From Salpingoeca rosetta (taxonomy: Eukaryota > Protista > Choanoflagellata): DNA of 64,000 nucleotides. Numbering within the stretch: the first letter of the stretch is position 1; each line of letters starts with the position of its first letter. The notes under the pieces are model-generated. The model was not told the DNA's origin and searched no databases. It saw only the letters and a list, made by a program, of their open reading frames with translations. The stretch covers positions 414,645 through 478,644 of the forward strand of contig JAWQFM010000020.1 of NCBI GenBank assembly GCA_033442325.1. Reading direction: 5' to 3'. Shown in pieces: positions 43,474-62,951 of this stretch. The position numbers and the translations under genes are program-made.

Positions 43474-46400
43474 GACACACACACACAAAGACACACATAC
43501 GCAAAGACATGGTGGGCACGATGTCCCATCAAGAGCAAAGGGAACAACACTGCACGACAAGAACAGCAACGCACCCCACAGCATCCTCGCTGATAATCTC
43601 TGGTGCAACGTAAGTGGGGGTGCCGCAGATGGTGTAGATCTTTTCCTCCACGCGCTGCAGAGAGCGAGACAGCGGGACAGCGGGAAGGGGAGAGAGAGAG
43701 AGAGAGGGGGGGAGGGGTACAGTGAGACAACCGGCAAGGCCAAATGAAAGGAGGAATCATACAAGGTGCTCTCGTGGTTGGAAGGGCACAACACCTTAAG
43801 CAAACAAGCGGCAGCCCACACACACACAGACACACACACAGACACACAGACACACAGACACACACACACACACACAGACACACACACACACACACAAACA
43901 CAACCACAACACACACATACACACACACACACAAAACACAGCCACAAGCAGCACGCCACGCACCATGGAGAGGCCAAAGTCGCCGAGCTTAAGGACGTCG
44001 CGCCCAAACTCGTCCTGCGCAACGAGGATGTTCTCCGGTTTGAGGTCGCGGTGCACAATGCGGTGCGAGTGCAGGTACGCAACCGCCTGTGTCAGGTGGC
44101 GCACAAGCTGCTGCGCGTCGGCTTCTGTGAAGCGGCCACGCTCGACAATGCGATCAAACAGGTCGCCGCCGTGCACGAGCTCAAGCACGAGGAATATGCG
44201 GTCCTCCGTCTCCAGCACATCGTACAACTTGATGATGTGCGGGTGGTTAATCTCGCGCATGATCTTCACCTCGTTCTCAATCATGAGCCGCTCCCGCTTG
44301 CCCACCAGCCGGTTCTTGTACACAATCTTGAGCGCATATGCCGTCCCCGTCTTGCGCTCGCAACAGCGGTACACGTCTGCAAAGTTGCCGTCGCCCAGCT
44401 TTTCATACACCTCAAAGCGCTCATCGACATACGCCTGATCAACAAGGCCGTGGTCCGACGCAACAAAGACGGCTGGCACAGACGAGCGTTTGCGGCGGCG
44501 GCCACGCTTGGCTGCCCGTTTTTCCTTCTCTTCCTGCGCCCTTCGCTCCTTCTCCTTCTTCTCCTCTGCTTTGCGCTGCAGGGATCGCGGCTTCCACTTG
44601 ATCGTCTTGCGCGTGCGGTACCCGCGGTACGCCGCCTGGATCTTGCACGCTGCCTCAGACTGCACATGCATGTGCGTGCGTGTATGTGCGTGTATGTGTG
44701 GATTGTTGTAATTGTGGGCGTGTGTGTGTGTGTGTGCTTTGTGTGCAACGAGTGCCAACAGACGGCATGCAGTCTGTGCTGGGTAATGGAAAGCCTCTCT
44801 TTCTTCATTTTACACACACACACACATACACACACACAGAACCAGCATGCAGTCGTTGCCCTCACCTGGAATCGCTGCAGCATAGACTTGGAGACGTGCA
44901 GGTCTGGCGTGGACACGCGTGCGCGGCGCGTCTGTTTCTTCGGTGTCTTTGTCGCCGTTGGCTTCGGCCTGCCCCTGCGCTGCCCGTCCGGTGAGTGCTG
45001 CACCTCCTTCGACCTGCGTCGCGGCTTGTGCTTGTGGCGCTGTGGCGACGATGCGGGCGATGGAGACGATGGTGCTGCAGCTTGCGCACCATCCACCCCC
45101 GGCTCCTTTGACCGCCGCTGGTCCTGCTGTTGGTCCTGGTGTTTGCGCGGGCTCTTCTTCTTCTTCTTCGCCGGCTTTGGTGCCGCCGCCGCTGCTGCGG
45201 CTGCTTGTGGTGCTGGTGCCTGCCCCGACTGCTTGCCCTTGCCCTTCTTTGCAGTCGCCTTCTCATTGCGCAACGGCGCGTTTGCTCCCTTGGGCGAAAC
45301 CGGACTGCTCACTTCCGCCTCTCCTTGCTCTTCTTGTTCTTCTTCAACAACACGCTCCAGCTCGGGCTGGTGACCATTAGCGTCATCAGCTGTATGCCCT
45401 TGCTCCTCTTGCAGTGCGGGCGGCTTGTTCCTCCCCCTCTTCTTTGTCCTGCCCCCTCCCTGCTCCTTCTCCTCCGGTGTTTGCTGTTGTTGGGGGAGAG
45501 CGACTGCAACTTCCGCTGGCGCCGGTGTTGATGGCCGTCGGCTCTTCGTCACAGCACCAGTGGACGCTGTGGCGTCGCCTTGCTGCTGCCCTTGTGTTGC
45601 TGCCTGCTGTTGCTGTGACTGCCCTTGTCGCGCCTTTTGTGTGTCATTCGGCTTGTCCGTGCCTTCCGGTCGTGTGTGTGGCACCCCTGCCTCCCCCTTT
45701 GCGGCATTGCCGTGCGTGTCATCATCGCTGCTGTCACGAGTTGGCGCGGCGTCACCAATCGTAGCATCACCAGATGCATCCACAGCCTGCTGTTGCTGCT
45801 GCTGCTGCTGCTGCTGTTGTTGTTGTTCACGTCCATGTTGTTGGTCTTGCTGCTGTTCATGTTGTTGTCGGTGTTGCTGTACCCTCTCCTCTTTTCGCCC
45901 CCTCTGTTCCTTCTGTTGCTTCTTCTTTTCCTTGAGCATGCGTTGCTTACGCTGGTGCTGCAGTTGGTACCTGTTGTTGTTGTTGTTGCTGTTGTTGTTG
46001 TTCGTCTTCTTCCCACCAGCACCAACACCAACGGCTCGCCGCGCACCCATCGTTGGAAGCTTTGACTGCCGCTGCGTCTGCTGTGTCGAGGCATTCACAC
46101 CACCACCATCATCACCATCACCATCACCACTACCACCGCCGCCGCCGTTGTGCTTGGTGGTGGCCGTTGCTGGTTGCTGCTGTTGCGATGCCTTGGTCGC
46201 TGTCTTCGCGCCCTTGCTCTTCGTGGTGTCATTTGCAGCCTGAGCGGTAGTCGCGGCTGTGCCATTGGGTGCGGCTGCATCATTGCTCGCGTGTGTCGGT
46301 GCAGACACATCGCCCTCCTCCTTCAGGCTGTCTGGTATCCGTTCACGCACGAGTGCTGGAGCACCAGGGGCGAGCACGAGGAGAGGTGGACGTGGAAGAA

Positions 46401-48155
46401 AAGGAGGTGTGGAGGGTGTGGTGGAGATGGTGGACAAACGGGTGTAAGGAGGTGAAGGCATGATGAGATGAGATGAGATGAGAGGACAGCAGTGTGATGT
46501 CTGCAGCATCCAACCAACGGGGGGCGCAGAAAGAGAGGTACACAAACACACACACACACACACTGCAGTCAAGTGCCAATATACACGCAAAACAAAATCC
46601 AGACACGCACAGAGATGCAAACACACACGCGCGCACACACCCAACACACACACATACACATACCCGTGGGCTTGTTCTTGAGTTTTTCCTTGAGTATTGC
46701 CTCCTGTCTCGCCTTCTCCGTGTCGAGTGCACGCTCGTGCTGCTCGCGCTGCGTCTCGTACACATGCAGCAATTCGTCGCCACCATGCAGTTTCCTGGCA
46801 GGCGGTGGGGACACCGCACATACACACGATGGAAGTGGACAACGGTGAGAGATGTCGGGGGCGGGGGATGACTCAGACTCAATGCAAGATCTGAACACTT
46901 GACACACACACGCACACAACACACACACAAAACACACACACACACACACACAAAACACACAACACACACACACAGACAAACCAAACAAACCGAACAAACA
47001 CACACACAACGCGATGCTCACCGCGTCATCTTGTGCTTGATGGAGGCCTGCTGCCTGCGGCGTTCGAGTGCGGCCCTGCGTTCAACCTGCGAGACCTGAG
47101 CAAGCAGATAGTCGACACGGTTGGATATGGCGCCAGGTGACAGCATCTGTGGCGACTTCTCTTGCTGGTGGTGGTGATGTTGGGGATGGTGGTGACTGTT
47201 GCTGTGTACGTATTGGTCTTCGTTTGCGTGGTCGTTGAGGTGCTGTGGAGGGGATGATGCTGGGCCATTGTTCTGTTGTTGTTGTTGTTGTTGTGGTGGT
47301 GGTGGTGGTTCAACCTGTTGTTGTTGCTGTGATTGGCGTTGCTGTTGCTGTTGTTCGTGCGGTTTCCCCTTTCCCTGCATCTCCTCGTGTTGTTGCTGTT
47401 GCTGTTCCTTCAGCTGCTGCTGCCGCTTGTGTGCGGTCGAGTCCTCAGGAAAGCTTCTGTTCCTGCGCGTGTCCTCCCCGTCCACGGGCTTCTCGCGCGT
47501 CTCCGTAAGCGACGACAGCTGGCGGCCGACAGACGGCGCAGACACTGGCGGTAGCACTGCACAGCAGTGGTGGTGTCGTGTTTGGAAGAGAGAGGGAGGG
47601 TGTTGGAGTTGCAGGGTGGGTGTGGGTTGGAATGAGTGTTGAATATTGGGGGAGGGGGTGCAAGGTAATGGAGGAAGGGGAAAGAGAAGAGGAAAGAAGG
47701 AAGAAGATGGAGGGAAGAGGAGGTGACAAGTGGAAAGAGAGTGAGGGATGTAGAGCTCACGCAAGGGGGGGGGGGGCATGTGAACCAAAGAAAACTGGGG
47801 ATTACACTCAACCACAGTTAACCAGTGCATGAGGGCTGCACTGGCATTTACACGCCTGTACGGTGTACGAGTGTTACCGGTGTATGGGTTTCCTTCGAAG
47901 CGTTGTCGCAGATACCCCTTGCGATCGAGCGCTTGTGAATCGTGAACGCGCGGGCCAGGACGTCCGGCGTACTTTGTCCGTTTCTGTGGCAGCCGCGCAC
48001 CGGGAAATGACTGGTGACGTCGGCACGCACACCAACAGGTGGGGAGGAATTGCGGAGATGTTGCGGTGAATGGTGGTACCACAGCAGCAACATACAAAGC
48101 AATGTACAAGCAATGTGCAAGCAGTGTACAAGCAGTGTACAAGGCTCACAGGCGC

Positions 48156-48201
<46 letters not shown>

Positions 48202-48655
48202 TACAAGACGACTCACAGGTGCAAGACACGACCATGCATGCAAACGCAGACAAACCAAACAAACAACGGCACACCTTGCTGTCCTTGCGCCTGGTTCGGC
48301 GAAGATATTCACGAACGGGAACGTCAGTGCCGGTAGTGCCGTTGGCTGCCATGGCCGCTTGCTTGCGAAAGATGGCGCGCAAGAGGCGCCTGTTGAGCCG
48401 CTCCTTTCCCGTTACCACGATGGACTTGATGTCGTACAGCTCGTCCACCTCCCGCACACGATCGCCGCTGCTGACGTTGTACAGGCGCCGCACGCCGCCC
48501 ACGATGGCCATGCTCTCGGTGAGCGCGTCAATGACCTGGTCCATGGACGACGACGTGCGCGGGTTCACAATGAACTTCTTCGCCTTGAAGTCGAGGTCAT
48601 TGTTGGCATACACGTCCAAGACGGCAGAGCGCGGTGGCTGTGGAATGCTTGCCAT
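42865..48655 (-). CDS. DCLK: Doublecortin-like Ser/Thr kinase (single DCX domain, long disordered linker, IQ motif, CaMK-family kinase, CaMKI-like tail)
   Basis: Exon 48655..~48274 encodes DCX: VYANNDLDFKAKKFIVNPRTSSSMDQVIDALTESMAIVGGVRRLYNVSSGDRVREVDELYDIKSIVVTGKE. Exon 44659..43964 encodes the IQ motif ACKIQAAYRGYRTRK and then the kinase LGDGNFADV...YALKIV...MIENEV...GGDLFD...HRDLKPEN...LKLGDFGL. Downstream: YTICGTPTYVAPEII and [24 protein letters not shown]...YWSDVSAEAKALI. GDGNFA, LKLGDFGL and CGTPTYVAPEII match DCLK kinases. Stop at 42865-42867. Confidence 0.9.
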
Positions 48656-49101
48656 GGTTCACACAACACCGGAAGGTGTTGCGTTGATCGGTGACAACAA
48701 CCACAGCACGCCACCTCTGCCTTTGTCGTCACGCAAGAGAGAGAGAGAGAGTGTGTGTGTGTGTGTGGATGTAGGTGTGTGTGTGTGTGTGTGTGTGGAT
48801 GTAGGTGTGTGTGTGTGTGGGTGTCGCGAGCGGTCGTCACACGCACACGCACTGGGAGGCGCGAGCGCGATCGCTGGCTCTTGCTGGTGTGAGGGGGTGC
48901 AAGGATCTAAGGATGGTAGGGCAGGATGGGATGGGTTGGCAGCTTCTCACGCTCTCATATCCGAAAACGCAGGCCGCAGGTAGTGCAGAATATCGGTGAA
49001 AATTATCTGTCAATATTCGACATGGCTGGGTCGCGAACGCGCACCAAACAAACACAAACAAAAACCACCAAACACGCTAACCTTGGTTGGGAGGGTTGTG
49101 G

Positions 49102-49154
<53 letters not shown>

Positions 49155-49947
49155 TGTGTGTGTTTGTGTGTTGTGTGTGTGTGTGTGTGTGTGTGCGTGT
49201 GTATTTGGTACAACGTTTCTCCATTCGTGCCTGCTGCGCTGTTGTTGGATGCGAGGTGTGTTCCAATGCCATAGTTAGGCGACGACCAGACCAGACCAGA
49301 AAAAATAAAGTCATGTGGGCAGTTAACGATAGCGCCGAGCAAAGGGCTAAAAGGCGGAGCAAAAGGCGAGAGGAATGAATTAATCGTAACAGGGACAGGA
49401 CCGAAGAACGGAAGGAAACATGTTCGCTGACAATACACAAAAAGGACGCCCCACGCGCGAGAGCAGTAAATAGAGACACACACGCACAGCGCCACTATGG
49501 AGACCAAATACTGCCTGTGATAACGACGCAGCTGCTGGCGCTGTCTCATGGGACACGAACGCCCAACACCACATGCCAGACACTTAAACACCCTCCTCCC
49601 CTGGCTCTCTCGGACGCAACGGTCGCTTCAGCTACGATAGAAACATGGCACATACTAAACTCACTGACTGATACCCCCACCTAGAAAAAAAAACACCACA
49701 ACAACAACTTAAACAACTAAAACAACTTAAACAACAACTCGGCATACTTTAGAAAAGGAAGCATACATATCCATACATACAAGCAGCGTGCACAGAATGT
49801 GCCCCACAACACGCACTGCACGCAGCAGTGCCACGCCCGGCCGCACACGTGGTGTACATCCATGTGCGTGCGCACAACTGTTGCCTGCAAACAAGCACAG
49901 CGCGCTCACATGAGCACGTATGTCTTTCGGGCCCCCACCCCCTCCTC

Positions 49948-55969
<6,022 letters not shown>

Positions 55970-57635
55970 GGTGTGGAGATTGGTCGGGCCATACGTAACC
56001 CGCCGTCGCCCTCTTGTCGTCCTCTCTCGAGTCTCGTCCCTCTCAATCGCCACAACAAGCAAGCAAGCAAGCAAGCAAGCAAGAGTGACCAAGCGAGGGC
56101 GTGTGGGGGAATGCTGCGATGCAAGCCGCTGCTGCTTTCTTTTCTTGCCAACAACAACAACACAAACAACAAGGCTGACGGACCGTCGAGAATTGATGCA
56201 AATCTTTGGTAAATTATCCAAAACACGAGCGAGCAAGCACACAAGCAAAGGAGCAAAGGAATCGCTCGCTCGCCTTCCCGTCGCACGCACAGGCACCCAC
56301 TCCTAAGTCACTAAGTCACCCTTCACACCCTCACAAGCTCACACTCTCACATACGCCAGTCCTCTTCTCCTTCACTTCACTTCATTTCCTCTTCTATTGA
56401 CGTGATGCAAGCTCACGAGAGAACAGCACAGCAGGTGGCACGATCAGAAATGCACAAGTCAGTCAGTGACACTGCATGTCAGTCAGGCAGGATGCGCTGC
56501 TGCGGCTGCCGCGCTGTTCCTTGGTGTTGCTGTGCTGCTGCTGTGGTGTCGTTGCTGTGCTGTGGTGCTTCTGTATCGTCTCCAAGCTGTCACGCACGTT
56601 GGCATCAGCGTGTGTCTCCATGCTGGCTGTGTGTGGTAGCGGCGCTTCTTCGGTCGCCTTCATGGTGTGGAGATTGGTCGGGCCATACGTAACCCGCCGT
56701 CGCCCTCTTGTCGTCCTCTCTCGAGTCTCGTCCCTCTCAATCGCCACAACAAGCAAGCAAGCAAGCAAGCAAGCAAGAGTGACCAAGCGAGGGCGTGTGG
56801 GGGAATGCTGCGATGCAAGCCGCTGCTGCTTTCTTTTCTTGCCAACAACAACAACACAAACAACAAGGCTGACGGACCGTCGAGAATTGATGCAAATCTT
56901 TGGTAAATTATCCAAAACACGAGCGAGCAAGCACACAAGCAAAGGAGCAAAGGAATCGCTCGCTCGCCTTCCCGTCGCACGCACAGGCACCCACTCCTAA
57001 GTCACTAAGTCACCCTTCACACCCTCACAAGCTCACACTCTCACATACGCCAGTCCTCTTCTCCTTCACTTCACTTCATTTCCTCTTCTATTGACGTGAT
57101 GCAAGCTCACGAGAGAACAGCACAGCAGGTGGCACGATCAGAAATGCACAAGTCAGTCAGTGACACTGCATGTCAGTCAGGCAGGATGCTTTGTATCAGC
57201 CGGTGTGGGGTGACATCGGCTCACTTAGTCACTTGGACTTGGACAAAGCACCTCAGAACTTCAGAATGAATGAACAAACCACGCACCAAGTGGGAACAGG
57301 CAGAATATGATGATCTGAATGCTGGGTAAGGTGGTAATGATAAGAACGATAGAATGATACAATGATGTCAAATGGTCTGCATGGTAAGACACAGTGATGT
57401 GACATGACATGACATAGTGACATGACATGACACTATGACATGGTGACACAGCAGTGTACCTATTGTGTATGTGTATGTAGGTGATACAGACCAACACAAG
57501 AACACAGGTGGACGCTCACACACCTTCTCCACACACGCACACGCACACACATACACACGCGCTCTCTTCTCTCCTCTTTTCTTCACTTTCTTTCTCCGTT
57601 CTTCTCCCTTCTCTCCTCACTCCTCTGCCACTAGA

Positions 57636-58095
57636 CTACAGGTCCGTGTTGGGTTGCGACCGCTTCTTTGGGCGAGCATGGACGAGATGCAGCACCTCGC
57701 TCGCCTCCCGCAGTTTCTGCACGCAACGTCCAAAGAGAGAACCCCCGTCACAAGAAGCAAGATGGCGTGTGTTAAAACCAGGTGCAGTCATAACGTGGCA
57801 CGCTCTGAAGGGGGGCATATGAAGAGTGTCGAGAGCAGCTGTGCATAGTCAAGCATCGACATCATCACCACCACCACCCTACCACCACCAAACCACCCAA
57901 CTTGTCCTGCACACACACACACACACACACATGCACACGAGTTGCACACAAGTGCCACGGGTGCCAGTGCGCAGCGAACCTTGCGGGCGTCTGAACGGGC
58001 AAGGCCGGCAAGAGACCAGCCATTCACGTTGACGAGCTGCAGTGCAACAACAGGGAGAGCCATGGACAAATAAAATCGACAGAACAAGACACAGG

Positions 58096-58185
<90 letters not shown>

Positions 58186-59080
58186 CACACACACACACAC
58201 ACACATTGGCGTGAGGGCATGAAAAAAGAAATCACGACGGAAGGGGCCATCGATGTACAAGATGAATTGCGAACAGCAAGCGCTCCAGGAAAGCCCAACA
58301 GAACGGTTTTCATGCCAGCAGCACACCAAGCAGCTACAATTAGGCATTTGCACGACACAAATGCAAGCAAGCACGCACAAGCACGCGCAAGCACACGCAC
58401 CACGTCGCCGACATGGACTTGTTGCGCCTTGGCTGCAAGCCCGCCTTCCTTGACGCTCTGAACCACGACGCCAAGCTGCGTCGTCTCCCCCAACGTGAGC
58501 CCAAGGGGCTGATCTGGTGCATCCTGTGAAACATCAACACACATGCAGACAAAGGAGGTGGGTGATAAAGAGGCACTGTGAGCGTGCGTACTCATACGCA
58601 CACCAAGGCAGGGGGAAATCGCAAATTCCCGTGCATGTGCTCATTCGCCCACAAACACTCGCATGCGCACTCGACCATCCCACGCACGCGCACTCACTCA
58701 CCCTGGTCAGAGTGCAGAGCTGGAACAGCAGGTTTTCATGGCGTTCACGCAGCGTCGCCAATGCCTGCAAGCAAATTAGAACAAAAGGTGAGCAAGAAAA
58801 GTAACAACCCACCAACCAAACAGCAAAGCCCGTCTCATCATGTCACGCGCAAGCACTTGCAGGAAAGTGCGGATGCCATCGCTCTATGGCTCAACGTACA
58901 TCCAGGGCAAGGCGCTTCTCCTCCTCCTTTTGGCGGTGCTTTGACAGCGCACGCATCAATTTGGCCTGCACAGCAATATCAGGCACGCATGTGAGAATCA
59001 GAGAGTGCATTCATGCATGCAGGCAACAACATCAACCATTAACAGCTTCGAGTTGCTCTCCCTGATTCGATGGACGCATG

Positions 59081-59174
<94 letters not shown>

Positions 59175-59692
59175 GCGCGAGCTATCAACCGACGTACATA
59201 CCTGGCTTTGCTTTCGTGATATGACAAGAATCGATGTGTGCCCTGTTGGGGACGCGCGGAGGTATGGGAGGATGATGATCAAGGAGATGACGTTTGAGAC
59301 ATGGGTGCCGCATTTGGAGTGCACATACGCACGCCCACCCCCAAGCCAACGCACCAAAACAAGACATATTGGGCAAATGGCTATTCCTACANNNNNNNNN
59401 NNNNNNNNNNNNNNNNNNNNNNNNNNNNNNNNNNNNNNNNNNNNNNNNNNNNNNNNNNNNNNNNNNNNNNNNNNNNNNNNNNNNNNNNNNNCACACACAC
59501 ACACACACACGCACACACGCAGTGCGCATGCATGGGTTAGTACCAGCATTTACAGCACATGCATGCAAGCGTCAGGGTGTACCTGTCGCCTTGAGCTTTT
59601 CTTTCATCTGCGGAAAAGTTGAGGCCGCGCAATGGGACACCGTCCCCCCGCAATGATCTCATCCGCCAACCCTAATCAAGGTCACAGGCAAC

Positions 59693-59770
<78 letters not shown>

Positions 59771-59918
59771 GGAGGAGAGGGGGGATTGAGTCAAGGACTG
59801 AATGTAAGGATTAGGCTGATGGGAAGAGAAAGGGAGAGAGCGAGAGACAGGGAAAGCGAGACAGAGAGACAGAGAGAGAAATAGCCACGGGCATAAGCCC
59901 GCGACATGCGACAGCAAG

Positions 59919-59949
<31 letters not shown>

Positions 59950-62869
59950 GCCAGCGTGTAATCCTACATACATGAAGTTGCCGTGCCGCTGGGCGGGGCT
60001 GCCATCACTCAGGCTGCCCACAAACAGCTGGCAGTTCTGTTGAATGTTGTCGCATACACGAGGACATTGACGTGAGCAGGCGTGAGTGCAAGCTTGCAAG
60101 AAGGCATCCTCCACGTCAAGAAGTGAAACCAAAACGAAGCAGATTCGTCTGCGTGCAACCAAATAGACAAGACACACACACACGCACGCACGCACGCACC
60201 CACGCTTCTGCAGAGATGCATGTGCACGTCCACACACATATACCCACGCTCTCGCGCAAAACAAACAAATGCAGACCTGGCCGTCATTGTCGCAGACGCC
60301 GCGAACGCCAAACCCAAGTGAGTTTGGGTTGAGCCGCTGAAACGACACCTGGTGCTCCTCTACCAGCGGCGCTGCGGGTGGCGCAAACACGTCGTTGTTG
60401 GACTCAGCCTGCTGCCCGCCTTGAGGCGATGGCTGCTGATGCGACACATGCTGTGGTGGTGCATGTTGTCCCTGCTGCTGCTGCTGCTGCTGCTGTGGCT
60501 GATGGTAGGGCGGAGGCGGCATTGTCAGCTGCGTCGAACCCGACAGGGTGTGCTGTGACGCAAGACTGGCACTGGATGCCTGGCGACTGGTATCCGCCAT
60601 GTTGCTGCCGCTGGCTGTTGCGGCCTGGCTTGGGTTGTTTTGGGGCGACGGGGCCGACTGGCCCGCTTGTCCCCCCTCCTGCTGAGGCCGCTGCTGCGCC
60701 ATGTACGCGTGGTATGTCGCCCGGTTCTCGTCGTCGCTGTTGTTGTCTGGCTCTGCGTCGTCTGTCTCGGACTCATAGCGAATGGCGGGGGCACGGAACC
60801 CGCGAATGGTGCTGCTGCTCTCATACGGGCTGTCTGACGATGCAAACGACCCCACACGCGGCCGGGTGGCCGCGGGCACACGGCTCGGTGACTGCACAGA
60901 CGGTACCGTGGTTGTCGCCTGCACGCTTCCTTCCACTTGCACAGAGGTGCCAATGTGACTGGCAGCGCCCGTGCGCGAATCCGGCCTAAAGTCGAAACAA
61001 GGGGCGGGGAGTGGGAAGGGGGTGGGTGGGGTGGGAAGGGTACACACACACAAAAAAAAAAAAAAAAAACACGCGCAGCACACATGCATGGGAAAACAAC
61101 GTATCGGAGTTGAAACAGGAAGCAACAACAACACATTCAACAGGAAGGTACGTTGAAGTTAGTAAGGTTCTATGGATTCAACCGTGACGTTGTGGTGATG
61201 AGATGGAAAGATTTGCATGCAGGGAACGCAAACATGTGCGTGACGTCAAGTACAAGTGCACACTACACATCGTTAAAACGCTCAAGTCAACCCGAACCTG
61301 CTCTGGTCCTGGTGCTGTTGTGGCTGCTGTGGCATCTCCCGCTCCACACCGACGCGCGTGCCCTCTGACCGTCGGCGGAACAGCGCCACAGCAGCGGGCA
61401 CTGTGGCGTGGCTCAACTCAGCTCCCTCAACCTGCAGCAGTGAACACACGCGCGGTGTGTGTGTGTATGTGTGTGTATGTGTGTGTGTGTGTGTGTTAAT
61501 TGGCAGGCTGGCGTGAAGATGGGTCACTCGCACGCGAAAAGCAGAAGACGCGCCCATTGAGGTAACAGCAGTCCAGCAGCACAACAGCAGCACAACAGCA
61601 GCAACAGGACACAAGACACGTACAAAGCGCAGGATGTCGCCTTTGCGCAGGCCGTCATCGTACAGGCCCTGGGAGAGTTTGTTGACCACCAGATGCCCCA
61701 TGCCATCGCTAGTCAGCTCAAGCTCTGGATACAAGCAAAGCATTGGTGCAGAGAGGAAATGTGAGAAGGTGGGGGGGGACGTATGCAGCTGGCAGTCTAG
61801 TGGCACGCGAGCGATGATGACAATGAAAGGACCAAAGGACGAAAAAGCGTGTGCACATATGTACACATTCAAGCACACGCACACGCACTTGCATGCACAC
61901 GCACACAGAGACGCATGCATATATCCGCATACAGATGCACACGCATGCAAACACACACCGTATCGTGATGGGTCTTCCGGGTGCGGATGGAGCGTGAGCT
62001 GAAATTGCTGCATGCGCGGCATTTGGCGTTGGACATCCCTGCAAAGGACAGTGCGCGCAAATGTGATACGAGAAGGTGACCGCGCGAGTGCATCAAACAG
62101 ACGCTTGCGTGCTCGCACGTTGCCCAAAGCCTGCAACACCATGATGGGAACTCACTTGACCCAGGACATGACCTCCACCCCTTGGCGATCCTCCCGATGC
62201 AAGTGGGCACCCATCCTGAATGTTAAGGGGCAAAATTGTCAAGGCATGGAGGCGTGGTGCGTGGAAGCGAGGGTAAGAGAGTCACATGTCAGCACACAGT
62301 CAACGACGCTGCAGCCACAGGTGTCTGTGGTGTTGATCGCCATGCGCCCGCGACCGGTGTTGCGTGTCAAGCCACTGACTGACCTGGAGAGGGGGTTCAT
62401 GTAATCCAGTCTCTTGGCAATGGCTGGCGGTAAATCGAAGTGGATTTCATGCCTGCCAGCAACCAAGGAAGGTCAGCAGATGCAACTAACACACACATGT
62501 ATATTTACGCACATATTTACACATGCTTACACATACACATGTAAACACGCAACACGCACGCACACACACTGAAAACATGCAGCTCACTATCCGACTGTAG
62601 CACAGCGGACTCGTCATACCTGGAAAGAATGTTCTTGTAGAAGACCAGCGTCTCTCGCAAGGTGGAAAAGTCGCCGTGAACGTTCTGTTGGAAGCGATGC
62701 ATTTCGCTGCGAAAGGAGTGCAGCTCTTGCTGCAGTGGGCACGTGACAGAATGGAGGAGAGGGAGAGGGTGTGTGGGTGTGTGGGTGTGTGTGAGTGTGT
62801 GTGTGTGAAGAGAGTGTGTGAGAGTGTGTGTGAGAGCAAGCCAGCCAGACAGACAGACAGACACACACA

Positions 62870-62951
<82 letters not shown>

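Noticed and set aside
56463-56990. Second kinesin paralog or small independent gene
   Set aside because: It is only the duplicated 5' fragment, frameshifted and without a motor domain, and is probably an assembly artefact.
57385-57450. (CATGA)n-like repeat between the PDZ gene and the kinesin as a regulatory element or transposon end
   Set aside because: Short degenerate simple repeat with no terminal inverted repeats, target-site duplication or second copy.
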